Numbered from the stretch's first letter, positions 48,808 to 59,909 are shown. The stretch: 64,000 nucleotides of DNA from Coleofasciculus sp. B1-GNL1-01 (GCA_040220235.1 JAVJTO010000157.1); one strand, 5' to 3'. Notes: generated from the letters alone by a model not told the origin. Program-made: numbers and translations.

Positions 48808-49615
48808 GATTTAATCTTTTGGAAAACTCATTTGTAATCCAGTTTAATAAACTAGGACTGTATCGTTTGAAAAATTGGACATTTTGCGCGATCGCATCCG
48901 GAAATACGTGCAGTTGATCCCGCTGAATGCCTTGAATCGTCGCCGCCATCACCTTCACCGGATCTGTTGTCCAAGAGTCTGGCACACCTTGATGTCCCTC
49001 AGCGAGTGTGCCATACCGTTTAGCTTGCAGAATGGGGGTACGGCTAAAAAAGGGATAAACGGCTGTCACTTTGACATTGTAGTCCTTGACTTCATTGAAT
49101 AGCCCTTCACTAAATCCCCGTAACCCATATTTACTAGCAGAATAATGGGTCAATCCTGCGGGTGCAAACCAACCCGCGACGGATGAAATATTCACAATAT
49201 GCCCTTTTTGACGCGCAATCATATCCGCTACAAATAAGGAACTTAAACGCATTGGCGTGATTAAGTTCACCTGCATCAACCGTTCCCATTCCGGTGCTGG
49301 AACTTCATCCATGCGACCAAATACGGCAATTCCAGCATTATTAATCAAAATGTCAATCGGGATATCCAGGGCTTTAACCTGATCATACAGCGCTTCACAG
49401 CCCTCGCCAGACGACAAATCAGCCTCGAAGCAAGCCAGTACCTCCCCCGTGGCGACTTGACGCTGAATATCCGCCACCCGTTGATGTAGCGCGGGTTTGT
49501 CCAAATCCGTTAAAATTAATCGGCTACCCGCCATCAATAACTGTCGGGTTAATTCCTGTCCAAAGCCACCAGCGGCACCGGTAATCAGGACAACGGCTGA
49601 GCGTAGCTGGGTCAT
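48794..49615 (-). CDS. short-chain dehydrogenase/reductase
   Basis: TGAAGGFG, NNAG, NISS, YSASK. Confidence 0.94.
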   Translation of the reverse strand: MTQLRSAVVLITGAAGGFGQELTRQLLMAGSRLILTDLDKPALHQRVADIQRQVATGEVLACFEADLSSGEGCEALYDQVKALDIPIDILINNAGIAVFGRMDEVPAPEWERLMQVNLITPMRLSSLFVADMIARQKGHIVNISSVAGWFAPAGLTHYSASKYGLRGFSEGLFNEVKDYNVKVTAVYPFFSRTPILQAKRYGTLAEGHQGVPDSWTTDPVKVMAATIQGIQRDQLHVFPDAIAQNVQFFKRYSPSLLNWITNEFSKRLNRGAS

Positions 49616-49739
49616 CTGTTTTTTTGGCTCTTTTACTCAAATTTACCCTCCCCCAATCAACCCCACCCTAACTCTCCCCAAATAACCCCACCCTAACCCT
49701 CCCCTTACCAAGGGGAGGGAACAGAGTTTGTAGTAAGTC

Positions 49740-50720
49740 CTATCCTATTTTGGGGGAGCTAAGTGATTGTAGCAGTAGCAGTGACCAAGGTACATTAATA
49801 TTAGGTACCAGCCAGGGGGATTTTCTCAGGGCGGGAAAGACAAGGGGAAGCACGAAACGCAGAGACCGTAACGATACAGGACGCTCCCCGTTTTTGTCTA
49901 CCAATCCGTAGTGTTTAGCCAACTCTGCCACAATCTGCACCCGTCCGGTTCGTCGCATCACTGTAGAATCTGCGGCTAGCGCTCCAATCACCCGTCCGGT
50001 GAGTAAGGGTGTTTCCCAGTTGTACCTTTCTTTTATGGCTGAGTTTTTCGGGTCAAGCCCTGTACTTTCATCCATATTGGCAGCAAATTGGGAAAACTTT
50101 TCCGTCCCCACAATTCCGGGCCAAATTGACAGGGATGCAATATTCTGAGGTTTGAGTTCAATCGCCATATCTGCGGCTAGGCGATCGCACGCTGATTTAC
50201 CTGCACCGTAGGGAGGACTAAAAATATAGGATAAACTACCCCAAGACGAGATAGTACAGATAAGTCCTTGCTGATGCGGGGTCATCATCCGGGCGGCAAA
50301 AATACTGGCAACATAGTGACTCCGCAGCCCGACATTATTGCAAGCATCCCACAAACTCGGTTCACTCTCCCAGAACGGCTTTCCTGAAGCATCTGTTAAG
50401 GCTTGTACCCCGGCGTAAGCATTATTAACCAGCAAGTCAAGTTGTCCCTGTTCATCCTGGATACGCTCAAACAGTAAACGCACTTGCTCATCGTCACTGT
50501 GATCCACTTGCACGGGAATACAGACGCCACCAACTTCCTCAACGGCGGATTGGGTTTCCTGGAGACTCCCGGATACACCATCATCAGAGGTTGAACGCTC
50601 CAGGGTACGTCCTGTAATATACACTGTCGCCCCAGCTTCACCCAGCGCGATCGCAATTCCCTTGCCTAGACCCCGCGTTGCCCCTGTAACTACTGTGATT
50701 TTACCTTCAAGATGTTTCAT
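49740..50720 (-). CDS. short-chain dehydrogenase/reductase (DHRS1-like)
   Basis: TGATRGLGKG, NNAY, FWE, YGAGK, WPG. Confidence 0.92.
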   Translation of the reverse strand: MKHLEGKITVVTGATRGLGKGIAIALGEAGATVYITGRTLERSTSDDGVSGSLQETQSAVEEVGGVCIPVQVDHSDDEQVRLLFERIQDEQGQLDLLVNNAYAGVQALTDASGKPFWESEPSLWDACNNVGLRSHYVASIFAARMMTPHQQGLICTISSWGSLSYIFSPPYGAGKSACDRLAADMAIELKPQNIASLSIWPGIVGTEKFSQFAANMDESTGLDPKNSAIKERYNWETPLLTGRVIGALAADSTVMRRTGRVQIVAELAKHYGLVDKNGERPVSLRSLRFVLPLVFPALRKSPWLVPNINVPWSLLLLQSLSSPKIG

Positions 50721-50936
50721 AATTGTTTTTTTTCAGTTTATCTTGGCAGTACTTCAAGTGATGGCGACACCCAAGCCGTGATCAACCGTACCAGAATAGG
50801 AACAGTATGGTACGTTTGGTTAACTAACTGAAGAATCGGACTCTTTCCCCCCCCTATCCCGACGCCTATCCTACAAGGAGAGGGAAGCAGACCCTCATTC
50901 TAGAAAATAAGTTCTTTAACATTTAGAATCATTATT

Positions 50937-51059
50937 ATGCCCTACAGTAAATTCACTCTGAGGAAAGTTGTAGAAGAGTTTCAACTCACAATCATTGAAG
51001 GAGTGATACCTCACGCTACAAGAAAATCGGCGGAATGGTCACAACAGTTGGGTGGTTAA
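50937..51059 (+). pseudogene. N-terminal fragment of a conserved cyanobacterial hypothetical protein
   Basis: MPYSKFTLRKVVEEFQLTIIEG resembles the start of a roughly 200-aa family, but the frame stops after 40 codons. Confidence 0.5.
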
Positions 51060-51152
51060 GACGCCCAACAAATTATAGAGACGTAGCCAGCTACGTCTCT
51101 ACCAGTTTTATTAGTTTAGACTGTTTCAAAATCCAGCCAATTCGGAAGACTA

Positions 51153-51347
51153 TTAACGAGAGTCAGTCCCTTGGTTCGGATCGCCTTCTACACGCTTGTT
51201 TTCACCTTGGGCTTCCGGAATGGTTGCTGGATCTTTCTTAGAAGCTTGCTCTTCGGCTTGGGGATCTTTAGACTCCATACCCGTTGTTCTAGCTCCCGCA
51301 GCGGTTGTAGTTTGTTTACCTTTAGATGTTATGTCTTCTTGTGGCAT
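51153..51347 (-). CDS. small hydrophilic hypothetical protein
   Basis: 64 aa, no hydrophobic core, ATG start; competing + strand ORFs look like shadows. Confidence 0.6.
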   Translation of the reverse strand: MPQEDITSKGKQTTTAAGARTTGMESKDPQAEEQASKKDPATIPEAQGENKRVEGDPNQGTDSR

Positions 51348-51630
51348 AATTACATTCTTAATTTCGACGTTACGACCAATCCTACAAAACTAGGAGAGAA
51401 TTTTCCTCTTCCTAAAATAGGATCTTGATTTATCTATCTCTCTATCTAAAGAATTAGTACGCTGACGCTATGGCGCTTGTGGAGTGGTGTGGTACACCTA
51501 AATGGATACATGAGTTGAGTTCATAAGTTCGTAGTAAGGGCTTTAGCCTTAGATTTTGGCGGGTTTAGTCACATCCCTTGTGAGATAAGAAACGATAGTA
51601 GTGAAACCCACCCCTACAGGTTCCCCAGAT

Positions 51631-53319
51631 TCAACTCGCCAATAACTGAGACGGTGTAACTCGCCACAACTGTTCTAATTGTGACGCTGGCATGGTCAAG
51701 TATAAAACATCACCTGCCGCTAATGCTGTTTCCAATAAATCTCGACCGTGAAGCTTTTGATGTCGGGTTTCAATGTATAGAGGAACAAACTCAATATCCA
51801 GGGTTAAATCTCTCACCCGCTGTCCACAGAATGGATGCTTTAGCGTAATCGTTGTTGCCAACGCTACCCAAAGAGTATTCCCGGTCATACCATTGCCTAA
51901 AATACGCCCCCCTAAGGCGGCGGCGGCAAAGGCGGGTGTGGCTAATTCTGTGGGACTGAGTACTACTTCAAAATTAAAAACTTGCTGCACCCCTCGGGCA
52001 AATTGAGGGTCATGATTTCGCACCACGATGGGTAAATTGGGCGTTAAAGCTTTGGCACTTAAACTAATTTCGACATTGGTCATGTCGCTACTGGTTACCG
52101 CTAATAAGGCTTCCGCTGTATGGATATTCGCCGCTTTTAAATTAGTTGCCAAACTCGCATCACCGATAATCACCGGGACTCCCAAGGAACGGGCAACACC
52201 GAGAAATCGATTGTGGGTATCGGGTTCAATGACAACCACGTCATAGCCATGAGTATGCAGTTGATTAATGATCTGGACACCAATACCCCCCAAGCCACAA
52301 ACAATATAATGATGACGACTGGGAACACGAGCGGCATCTAAAAATTGACTAAAACGAGTGCCTAAAATAAAATCGTTGAGTAGGGCGTAACAAATCCCAA
52401 TTACACCTGCCCCAACTAACATCATCACCGCCGTAAAAACTTTGATACTGTCAGGTGCTAATTCTGCCACTTCTTCTTTCCCCCCCGCCCCAGTAATCAT
52501 ACCCACAGAAAAATAGAGGGCGTCAACAATTGAGGTATTCAACTGCACACTAACATAAGTAAGTGTGGCGATAAAAATCGTCAGAAGTAGGGCGAGAGTT
52601 CCAGCGAGAATGGGTTGACCATGGTGCTGAAACTGTTTCAGGTTCGTGAGAATCTTAAACAGTCGGCGCAGCCACAACCCTCGGCGGCTGCGGACATTGG
52701 GTTGAGTGCCAACAATCACGCGATCGCCTGGTTGTAAGGTTTGTTCTTGCACAACGGCGGACACTAAACTCACCTGCCCTTTCCGGGGTTGATAGTAGAT
52801 GAACATCCGCGATCGATCGTCCCACAACTCACTCAATCGACGCCCGTTCCAGGGATGAGACTCATGAATGTATTCTTCGTGAATGGGCCAGGTTTGATTA
52901 AAGAGTCGCAATTGTCCAATCGCTTGATTCCCCATCGCAGCAAAGGCAAATACTGGGGCGGCTAATGCGGCGACACTGAGACTGACATGATTAGGCAGGA
53001 TCTGATCCAAGCGATCGCCTAAGCTGGTGTTAAATAGCCGATTAATAATCCGAATCCGGGGATTAAGGACTCGGGCTTGGGTGAGAATCGCCAGATTCAA
53101 GGCATCATCGCTACAGGTGAGGACTAGAGTTTGCGCCTCCTGAATCCCAGCAGCGAGTAGGGTAGCGGCTGCCCGAAAATCGCCGATAATCAGATCCTGA
53201 CAGTTACCCGGAACCAGGCGATCGCTAATTCCGACAACAGAGGCTCCCTGTTGCTTTAATAGTGAGAAAATTTGATAGCCAGTGCGACCCAAGCCACAAA
53301 CGATGATTCGGGGTTTCAT
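51631..53319 (-). CDS. TrkA-N/RCK-domain potassium channel-like protein
   Basis: Two VCGLGxxG Rossmann motifs flanking a TM-pore-TM unit (DALYFSVGMITGAGG). Confidence 0.9.
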   Translation of the reverse strand: MKPRIIVCGLGRTGYQIFSLLKQQGASVVGISDRLVPGNCQDLIIGDFRAAATLLAAGIQEAQTLVLTCSDDALNLAILTQARVLNPRIRIINRLFNTSLGDRLDQILPNHVSLSVAALAAPVFAFAAMGNQAIGQLRLFNQTWPIHEEYIHESHPWNGRRLSELWDDRSRMFIYYQPRKGQVSLVSAVVQEQTLQPGDRVIVGTQPNVRSRRGLWLRRLFKILTNLKQFQHHGQPILAGTLALLLTIFIATLTYVSVQLNTSIVDALYFSVGMITGAGGKEEVAELAPDSIKVFTAVMMLVGAGVIGICYALLNDFILGTRFSQFLDAARVPSRHHYIVCGLGGIGVQIINQLHTHGYDVVVIEPDTHNRFLGVARSLGVPVIIGDASLATNLKAANIHTAEALLAVTSSDMTNVEISLSAKALTPNLPIVVRNHDPQFARGVQQVFNFEVVLSPTELATPAFAAAALGGRILGNGMTGNTLWVALATTITLKHPFCGQRVRDLTLDIEFVPLYIETRHQKLHGRDLLETALAAGDVLYLTMPASQLEQLWRVTPSQLLAS

Positions 53320-53569
53320 GAATTTGCTTTATCAACAGACAGAGTTTTGCCTGGTCGTGTTTTGAACACCTATTTTCCTACAGATTTACCGCGACCATTG
53401 TAACCGAAGACACCAAGACTAGCAGAAATCTGGAAAAAAGTGATCCGGGTTGATCATTTATCCGGCAAATAGGGTGGCTTTTTTTACGGTTATCAGCAGC
53501 AATCCCTCTTTATTGACGAAAGGAAATCTTCACTCTTAAACTTAATAGTAATTAACTAGAAAAGAGTTT

Positions 53570-54433
53570 ATGACCAAGCCTCCGATTCCTCCAGACCTAC
53601 AAGAACTCAATCCTAAGAGGTTTAATCCCGAAAAACAAGCTTGGACTCAATCAACCGATGTTGTCAGTGACACAAAAACCAGTGAACTAACACTGGTCAC
53701 CTATAATATCTGGTTTTCCGACTATCATCGCCAACAACGCCACAAGGCAATACTGAAGCTAATTCAAGACTGCGGGGCTGACGTGATCGCGTTGCAAGAA
53801 GTGACACCGCCCTCTCTCAAACTCATTTTAGACCAAGACTGGATCAGAAAAAATTATTATAGTTCCGACACCACCGGAGAAACGGTGAATCCTTATGGCG
53901 TTCTCCTGCTGTCTAAGTTTCCCATTCATCGGTTATTTTTCTGTGATCTGATTAGCCAAATGAGTCGCAAATTTCTCTGTGCTGAACTGCGGATTAATGG
54001 ACAACGGTTTAATCTAGCTACGGTTCATTTAGAAAGCAAAAAAAGGTTTGCCCCCATCCGTGCCATGCAGCTTGCTGATATTTTTCCCCTATTGGAAAAT
54101 GCCGATCATGCGGTACTGATGGGAGACTTTAATTTTTGTTCCTCTTGGGAAGATGAAAACCGTAATCTTGACCCTCGCTATCAAGATCTGTGGGCAGTTC
54201 TTAGAGAGAATGAACTGGGTTATACAGAAGATACGGATATTAATGTCATGCGGTTACAGCAAAAACAGAAACATAAAAAAGTCCGCTTTGACCGTATATT
54301 ACTCCGTTCTGCTGCTCCAGGTTGGCAGCCGCAATCCATTGAACGCTTGGGATTAGACCCGATTTCCCCGAATTGTCCTAATGTTTTTCCATCTGACCAT
54401 TTTGGTTTAGTTGGTCATCTAATCAGTAGGTAG
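53570..54433 (+). CDS. endonuclease/exonuclease/phosphatase family (TDP2-like)
   Basis: TYNI, ALQEV, HLES, MGDFN, RFDR, PSDHFG. Confidence 0.92.
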   Translation: MTKPPIPPDLQELNPKRFNPEKQAWTQSTDVVSDTKTSELTLVTYNIWFSDYHRQQRHKAILKLIQDCGADVIALQEVTPPSLKLILDQDWIRKNYYSSDTTGETVNPYGVLLLSKFPIHRLFFCDLISQMSRKFLCAELRINGQRFNLATVHLESKKRFAPIRAMQLADIFPLLENADHAVLMGDFNFCSSWEDENRNLDPRYQDLWAVLRENELGYTEDTDINVMRLQQKQKHKKVRFDRILLRSAAPGWQPQSIERLGLDPISPNCPNVFPSDHFGLVGHLISR

Positions 54434-54528
54434 GTACAATAAAAGTTAGTCATTTGTCATTTGTCATTTGCTCCCTTATCTTCCTCATCTCCCCCAACTC
54501 CCTCTGCTTCCCCAGCTTCCCCTGCTTT

Positions 54529-55356
54529 CTATTTACTTCCACGACAGCGATCAAACATCTGTTGGTACGTTTCCTGAAGCTCTGGATTGTCCACCACTAG
54601 CTCTACACGCACGTTAACACAGCCGTGATTATCTTGTAGCGCGATCGCGGCTAAAAGATCGCTGGCGGCTTTTGGCGAAACAAATTCACCCTTGACAGTA
54701 GTCGTTGTCGGTAGACTCGTCTCTACACTATCAGAAACACCTGTAACTTTCCCTTTCCCTAAATCAATTTCTGCCAGTGGTTTCGAGTCTTCGCCAACTT
54801 GTTCAACAATTAATTTTTCCCGTCGTACCGGAACTTCTACCACACGGGTTTCAATTTCTTTGCGAACGACGACTTCGCCGACTTTCTGCTTACTGCGGTT
54901 AACGACTAACTTTTCTTCTAGCAAGCGAATCATGTCTTCTTCGACTATCTCTGACGTCTGATCAGACTGTTCTAGATCAGGATTCACTCTCTCTTCAACT
55001 TCTATAGCCTTTTCCAAATCCACAGCACTTGTAGAGGTTACGTCCTTTTTTTGATAAACAGGCAGGTATTCAAGTTCGGCTGGTGATAGGTCAATAATTA
55101 CAGATCTATTTTCTGGATCAATGGTCTGAATGTGCTGGCGACTAAGGAGAAACCAAGGAGAGTCAATGGTTGCCCCTTGGGTAGACATTACCATATAAAG
55201 GCGATGATTTTTGGCGACGCAGAAATCCTCAACCCGCCCCAATACTTTACCTTTTTGATTCACGATGCTAAAAAAGGTGAATCTTTCTCTAAATTGATCT
55301 AATAAATTTTTAATTCTTTCTTTTGTATAACTTCCTTTCGGTTCTTCTTGGATCAT
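54529..55356 (-). CDS. PRC-barrel + DUF2382 (YsnF/AvaK) protein
   Basis: IRLLEEKLVVNRSKQKVGEVVVRKEIETRVVEVPVRREKL. Confidence 0.85.
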   Translation of the reverse strand: MIQEEPKGSYTKERIKNLLDQFRERFTFFSIVNQKGKVLGRVEDFCVAKNHRLYMVMSTQGATIDSPWFLLSRQHIQTIDPENRSVIIDLSPAELEYLPVYQKKDVTSTSAVDLEKAIEVEERVNPDLEQSDQTSEIVEEDMIRLLEEKLVVNRSKQKVGEVVVRKEIETRVVEVPVRREKLIVEQVGEDSKPLAEIDLGKGKVTGVSDSVETSLPTTTTVKGEFVSPKAASDLLAAIALQDNHGCVNVRVELVVDNPELQETYQQMFDRCRGSK

Positions 55357-55482
55357 CCTTTACATCTCCGACTCAATTCGTGCAACCTAGCAAAACTCAC
55401 TAAACGCAGGGTGGGCATTGCCCACCCCCGTATCCACCAGTTTATTTATTTCAATTGGTGAAAGTCAAGATTTCTTAGAATT

Positions 55483-56334
55483 CTACCGACGACCTTTGAC
55501 AACAGGATTGCCATCTACATCGACTTCTAATTCTTCGCGGCGAACCTTTTCTTGGGCATCTACGGTGTCACGTTCAACTTCTTTCTTGACACCAACTTCT
55601 TCCCGCACAAAGGCTTTCTTATCGATATTCGCTGCTTCTTCATGAACTTCCATGCGAGCCACTTCACCTTCATGGAAGTCAACATTACCGGGTTGAACTT
55701 CGCGGGCTGCGGAAGGCGTATTGCGCTCAATGACTACCCGTTCTTTTTCTACAGGAACTGATACCTGAGCTGTTTCAGATTCTACATGCTTACCTAGAGC
55801 AACTTCGCCACTCTTATAACGGTCTTTGTTAGCAATTAGTTTCTCTTCGTACAGCTTGAGATTTTTATGATTCTGCTCAGTAGTGGCGTAGAGTTCAGGC
55901 TCATGATCATAACTGTAGGTGTCGCGATTATAGGTGGTTGCCTGAGCCGATGTTGATGCCGTTGAGCGATTAGTCGCCATGGGTCGGTAGACGTTGCGGA
56001 CTCGTTCTTCGTAGTCGTAGTCGATGCTCATGTTGTCATGGTATTCCGGTAAGCTTTCAGCTTGGGCTTTGGTCATACCAATCACATAAACCCGATGACG
56101 ATCATAGTCCATCCGGGCATAACCTACAGGTAACAAGACCTTTTTACCAAAGATCCAGAAGCCTGTATCAATGACTAGATACCGGAAACGACCATTTTCA
56201 TCTAGAAGAGCGTCATGAACTTCACCGATTTTCTCTTCACGATCTGAGTAGACATCATATCCTTTGATATCATCGCCACCAAAAATCTGTTCTTTATAAT
56301 TGGGGTAAAACTTTTCTATTTTGATGAGATTCAT
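55483..56334 (-). CDS. PRC-barrel + DUF2382 (AvaK-like) protein
   Basis: GRFRYLVIDTGFWIFGKKVLLPVG, LKLYEEKLIANK, VRREELEVD. Confidence 0.9.
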   Translation of the reverse strand: MNLIKIEKFYPNYKEQIFGGDDIKGYDVYSDREEKIGEVHDALLDENGRFRYLVIDTGFWIFGKKVLLPVGYARMDYDRHRVYVIGMTKAQAESLPEYHDNMSIDYDYEERVRNVYRPMATNRSTASTSAQATTYNRDTYSYDHEPELYATTEQNHKNLKLYEEKLIANKDRYKSGEVALGKHVESETAQVSVPVEKERVVIERNTPSAAREVQPGNVDFHEGEVARMEVHEEAANIDKKAFVREEVGVKKEVERDTVDAQEKVRREELEVDVDGNPVVKGRR

Positions 56335-56707
56335 AGATTGGTCTCCGTGTTTCTTTAATTTCAAGCTTTGAGAGTTCAACTCTCGCACTCTAATTTCAGA
56401 TTACACAAAAAATACTTGTATTTAATCCCTCAAAAGACATAAACGAAGAAAATAAGCTGGTAATTGTTTATACAACGGTACTACTATTTTCTTTCACTTA
56501 AAATGGTTAGGCTTATTAATTAACTTAACCTCTATGCAAATTTCCAAACTTTAACACTATCTCACTAGCCTAAAGGACTTACATCATAACTATGCAAATA
56601 GCAGTAAATTAACACAATTGCTTATTTTTGTTATCCTCCTATAGAAATAGCTAAAATTAGGTAGAGTCAATAAAGATAATTCATAAGGAGTGCGATTAAC
56701 CCCTTTG

Positions 56708-57124
56708 ATGCGATATCACGTTATTTACGACGGCAACTGCAATCTTTGTGTCACCTTAGTGCAGCTTCTGGAAAATCTGGATCAAGGACAGCAGTTTGAC
56801 TACATTCCCATGCAGGATGAAGCCGCCTGTGAAACCTTTGGTATTACTGCTCAAGACTGCGAAATGGGGATGATTCTCATTGATGGGGCGTCCCCGGAAC
56901 GTCGGTGGCAAGGGAGTGAGGCGGCGGAGGAAATTGGGCGTCTGTTGCCGATGGGAGAGGTATTCGTCTCGGCGTATCGAGCAATGCCTGGAATGAAGTG
57001 GCTGGGCGATCGCACCTATCAACAGGTTCGTGATAATCGGTATAGTTGGTTTGGCAAGCGATCGAGTACCTACAATTCAGCTTATCCTCTGGGATGTCAG
57101 GATAACCAAAATTGCCAGACGTAA
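56708..57124 (+). CDS. DCC1-like thiol-disulfide oxidoreductase (DUF393)
   Basis: YDGNCNLC, Y..VRDNRY.WFG. Confidence 0.9.
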   Translation: MRYHVIYDGNCNLCVTLVQLLENLDQGQQFDYIPMQDEAACETFGITAQDCEMGMILIDGASPERRWQGSEAAEEIGRLLPMGEVFVSAYRAMPGMKWLGDRTYQQVRDNRYSWFGKRSSTYNSAYPLGCQDNQNCQT

Positions 57125-57258
57125 TTGGATCGCCGATCGCCCTCTGCTTACCCTCCTCTACCAGAAAGTGTTTCTTGAGAGCCAATGGCAACTTATACCC
57201 TGTAAGTAGCGTCTATTGTTTGAGTGCCTGAACTGTAGCTATTTTAATTTTATGTACC

Positions 57259-58110
57259 ATGGCTAATCCTTTCTCCATCTGGTCTCATCGTCACCGTCGT
57301 CGTTTATTATATCCATTCGTGTCAGCGATCTTGACGTTTAGCCTGATCGTGGGTACACCTCAGGTGAGTCAAGCAATTCCCTGGCTGGATCTGATTTTCC
57401 GAGGCGTCCAGATTATCCAACTTTCCAATATTTCTGATCGCCAGGAAGTCGAGATCGGAGAACAGATCAATCAGAAGTTGGTGAGAAACCAGATTCAACT
57501 CTATCGCAATTCCCGTGTCAACCGCTACATTGATCAGATTGGTCAGCGATTGGCAAAAGAAACTCAACGCTCGACTATTCCCTATACGTTTCAGGTGGTT
57601 GAGGATGACAGTATTAATGCTTTCGCGACTACGGGCGGTTTTGTTTATTTGCACACAGGTTTGATTGAAGCGGCAGACAATGAGGCTCAACTGGCGAGTG
57701 TGATTGCCCATGAAATCGGGCATATCGAAGAAGAACACATGATTGAACAAATGCGCCAGACAGCGATCGCCAGGGGAGTAGCCGTTGCCGCCGGTCTAGA
57801 TCGCAATACCTTAGTCAATATTGGCGTAGACTTGGCGCTGCGGTTACCCAATAGTCGTGAAGATGAATTGGAGGCGGATCAAGTTGGGTTAGATATCCTC
57901 AAAAAAGCAGGCTACGCACCGTCAGCCATGGTCAATTTCATGGAAAAACTCCAGAAGAAAAGCGGTTCCGTCCCCTCTTTCCTCAGTACTCATCCAGGGG
58001 TTGACGATCGCATTAACGCATTGAATCAGGCGATCGATCCGGCTGAAGCTACTGTCGGTGATGGTTTGGATGAAAGTGCCTATAAAGCCAAAATTCGCCC
58101 CCTGCAATAG
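57259..58110 (+). CDS. M48 family metallopeptidase
   Basis: Signal peptide, INAFA, HEIGH, SREDELEAD, STHP. Confidence 0.94.
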   Translation: MANPFSIWSHRHRRRLLYPFVSAILTFSLIVGTPQVSQAIPWLDLIFRGVQIIQLSNISDRQEVEIGEQINQKLVRNQIQLYRNSRVNRYIDQIGQRLAKETQRSTIPYTFQVVEDDSINAFATTGGFVYLHTGLIEAADNEAQLASVIAHEIGHIEEEHMIEQMRQTAIARGVAVAAGLDRNTLVNIGVDLALRLPNSREDELEADQVGLDILKKAGYAPSAMVNFMEKLQKKSGSVPSFLSTHPGVDDRINALNQAIDPAEATVGDGLDESAYKAKIRPLQ

Positions 58111-58219
58111 GATGATCTCTGGTAGCAACATCCATCCCTCGTTCTTTGGGTTCCCAGCTTCCCAGACGTGCCATGGCACGTCTCTACATTGCTTCCCCAG
58201 CTTCCCCAGCTCCCCCATA

Positions 58220-58969
58220 CTAGGAACGGAGTACAGAACGACGTGGTAAGAGTTGGGAAGGCTCTACCCTTGTCACCGCCTCCTCAAGTGGCATTTGGCG
58301 AACCCGTTGTCGAAAAACATTGGCTTGATAAACCCGTGAGTTTGTCAGGTCTAATCCTGTGAGCCAACCACTTTTCGGGTGATACGCGCCTGTGTCAATA
58401 TCCAACCATCCTCGCCCTTGGGCAATTCGTCCCGGTTGTACTCCTGGCAAGGTAAAGGTAATCGTATGACCAATGATAATTAACTTATCGGTAAAATAAG
58501 GCTCTTGAATGCTATGAAATTCGTCTCTAATCCAACAGAATTGTTCTGTCGTTTGCTTTTCCAGGGGTAAACGGGGATGAACTCCAGCATGGACTAACCA
58601 TGTATCTCCCAAATCAATATGGGTGGGTAAGGTACGCATCCACTCGATATGGTCTTGGCGGACGCCATTCTCACCATAACTATTGATGGTACTGTGACCG
58701 CCACTATAGAGCCATGCTTGCAGGGCTGGACCATAGATTTCTCCCTGACCCAGGATTTCTAATAGCATTTGCTCATGATTGCCTAGCAAGCAAGGATAAG
58801 GGCTTTGCTTGACAAATTCAACAACTTGAGAGCTTTGGGGACCCCTATCAATTAAGTCTCCCAAAAAATAGACCTGATCGTCTTTACTAGGAGCGATCGC
58901 ATCCAATAAGGTCATTAGGGTATCGTAGTGCCCATGCACGTCACCGATAACAATCCGACGGTGAGTCAT
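58220..58969 (-). CDS. PPP-family Ser/Thr protein phosphatase (metallophosphoesterase)
   Basis: GDVHG, GDLIDRG, GNHE, HAG, GHT, IDTG. Confidence 0.94.
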   Translation of the reverse strand: MTHRRIVIGDVHGHYDTLMTLLDAIAPSKDDQVYFLGDLIDRGPQSSQVVEFVKQSPYPCLLGNHEQMLLEILGQGEIYGPALQAWLYSGGHSTINSYGENGVRQDHIEWMRTLPTHIDLGDTWLVHAGVHPRLPLEKQTTEQFCWIRDEFHSIQEPYFTDKLIIIGHTITFTLPGVQPGRIAQGRGWLDIDTGAYHPKSGWLTGLDLTNSRVYQANVFRQRVRQMPLEEAVTRVEPSQLLPRRSVLRS

Positions 58970-59293
58970 TGTTTATTGATCCAAATCCGTGTCGTCAAAT
59001 AATAGGTAGCACCCATAAACGTTTACTTGCACCAGTTTGGTTACCAAAAGCTGGACTATTGTGTGCCGAGGTATGTTTACCAGGGGTAGGCAAGATTTTC
59101 AGGGTCAGGATACTCTATTATCTATTAGTTAAAACAAGTGCTAACATCTATCTTCCGGGTTTCAGAGAAAATTCATTGAATTTCACACCTTTTCCGCTTA
59201 GCATCCAGCACGCCATTGATAAATACCAGTTTCCTCGAATACCAGTCTCTATCCTAATCATCTTCCCCCTATTGTGATTCAAAAGACAGTTCG

Positions 59294-59908
59294 ATGTCAC
59301 CAAAACCTGTGTTAGATTCTCCCTGGGTAATGATTCATGCCCTCCAACAACCCACGAGCTGGACTTGGGTTGAACAAGCCTTAGCTCACCCTGATCTCAT
59401 TCTACTCGACCATTCCCAATGCGAACGCAAAGCGGCAGGTGTCGCCCTGAATTTAATCTTTCGCTACCCATCGAGTACGCAACTGGTTCGTCAGCTAACC
59501 GCGATCGCACGCGAGGAATTGGATCACTTTGAGCAAGTCAATCAATGGCTGGAACGACGGGGTATTTCCTTAGCATCTCTATCCCCGTCACCTTATGGCG
59601 CTAAGCTAACAGCCCAGATTCGCCGTCATGAACCGGAGCGGCTATTGGATTCTTTACTGGTTGCGGCTTTAATTGAGGCTCGCTCTCACGAACGGCTGGG
59701 ATTACTGGCAACTCACTGTCCTGACCCGGAGTTAGCCGAGTTTTATCAAGGTTTGATGACATCTGAAGCACGACACTATGGGGTGTACTGGGTGCTAGCG
59801 GACACCTATTTTGAGCGGGAGGTTGTCAGCCAGAGGTTAGCAGAACTGGCAACTGTAGAAAGTCAGTTACTTAGCACGCTTTACCCGGAACCTCGTATTC
59901 ACAGTTAA
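59294..59908 (+). CDS. miaE: tRNA-(ms2io6A37) hydroxylase
   Basis: DHSQCERKAA, EELDHF, IEARSHER, SEARHY, PRIHS. Confidence 0.93.
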   Translation: MSPKPVLDSPWVMIHALQQPTSWTWVEQALAHPDLILLDHSQCERKAAGVALNLIFRYPSSTQLVRQLTAIAREELDHFEQVNQWLERRGISLASLSPSPYGAKLTAQIRRHEPERLLDSLLVAALIEARSHERLGLLATHCPDPELAEFYQGLMTSEARHYGVYWVLADTYFEREVVSQRLAELATVESQLLSTLYPEPRIHS

Positions 59909-59909
59909 G

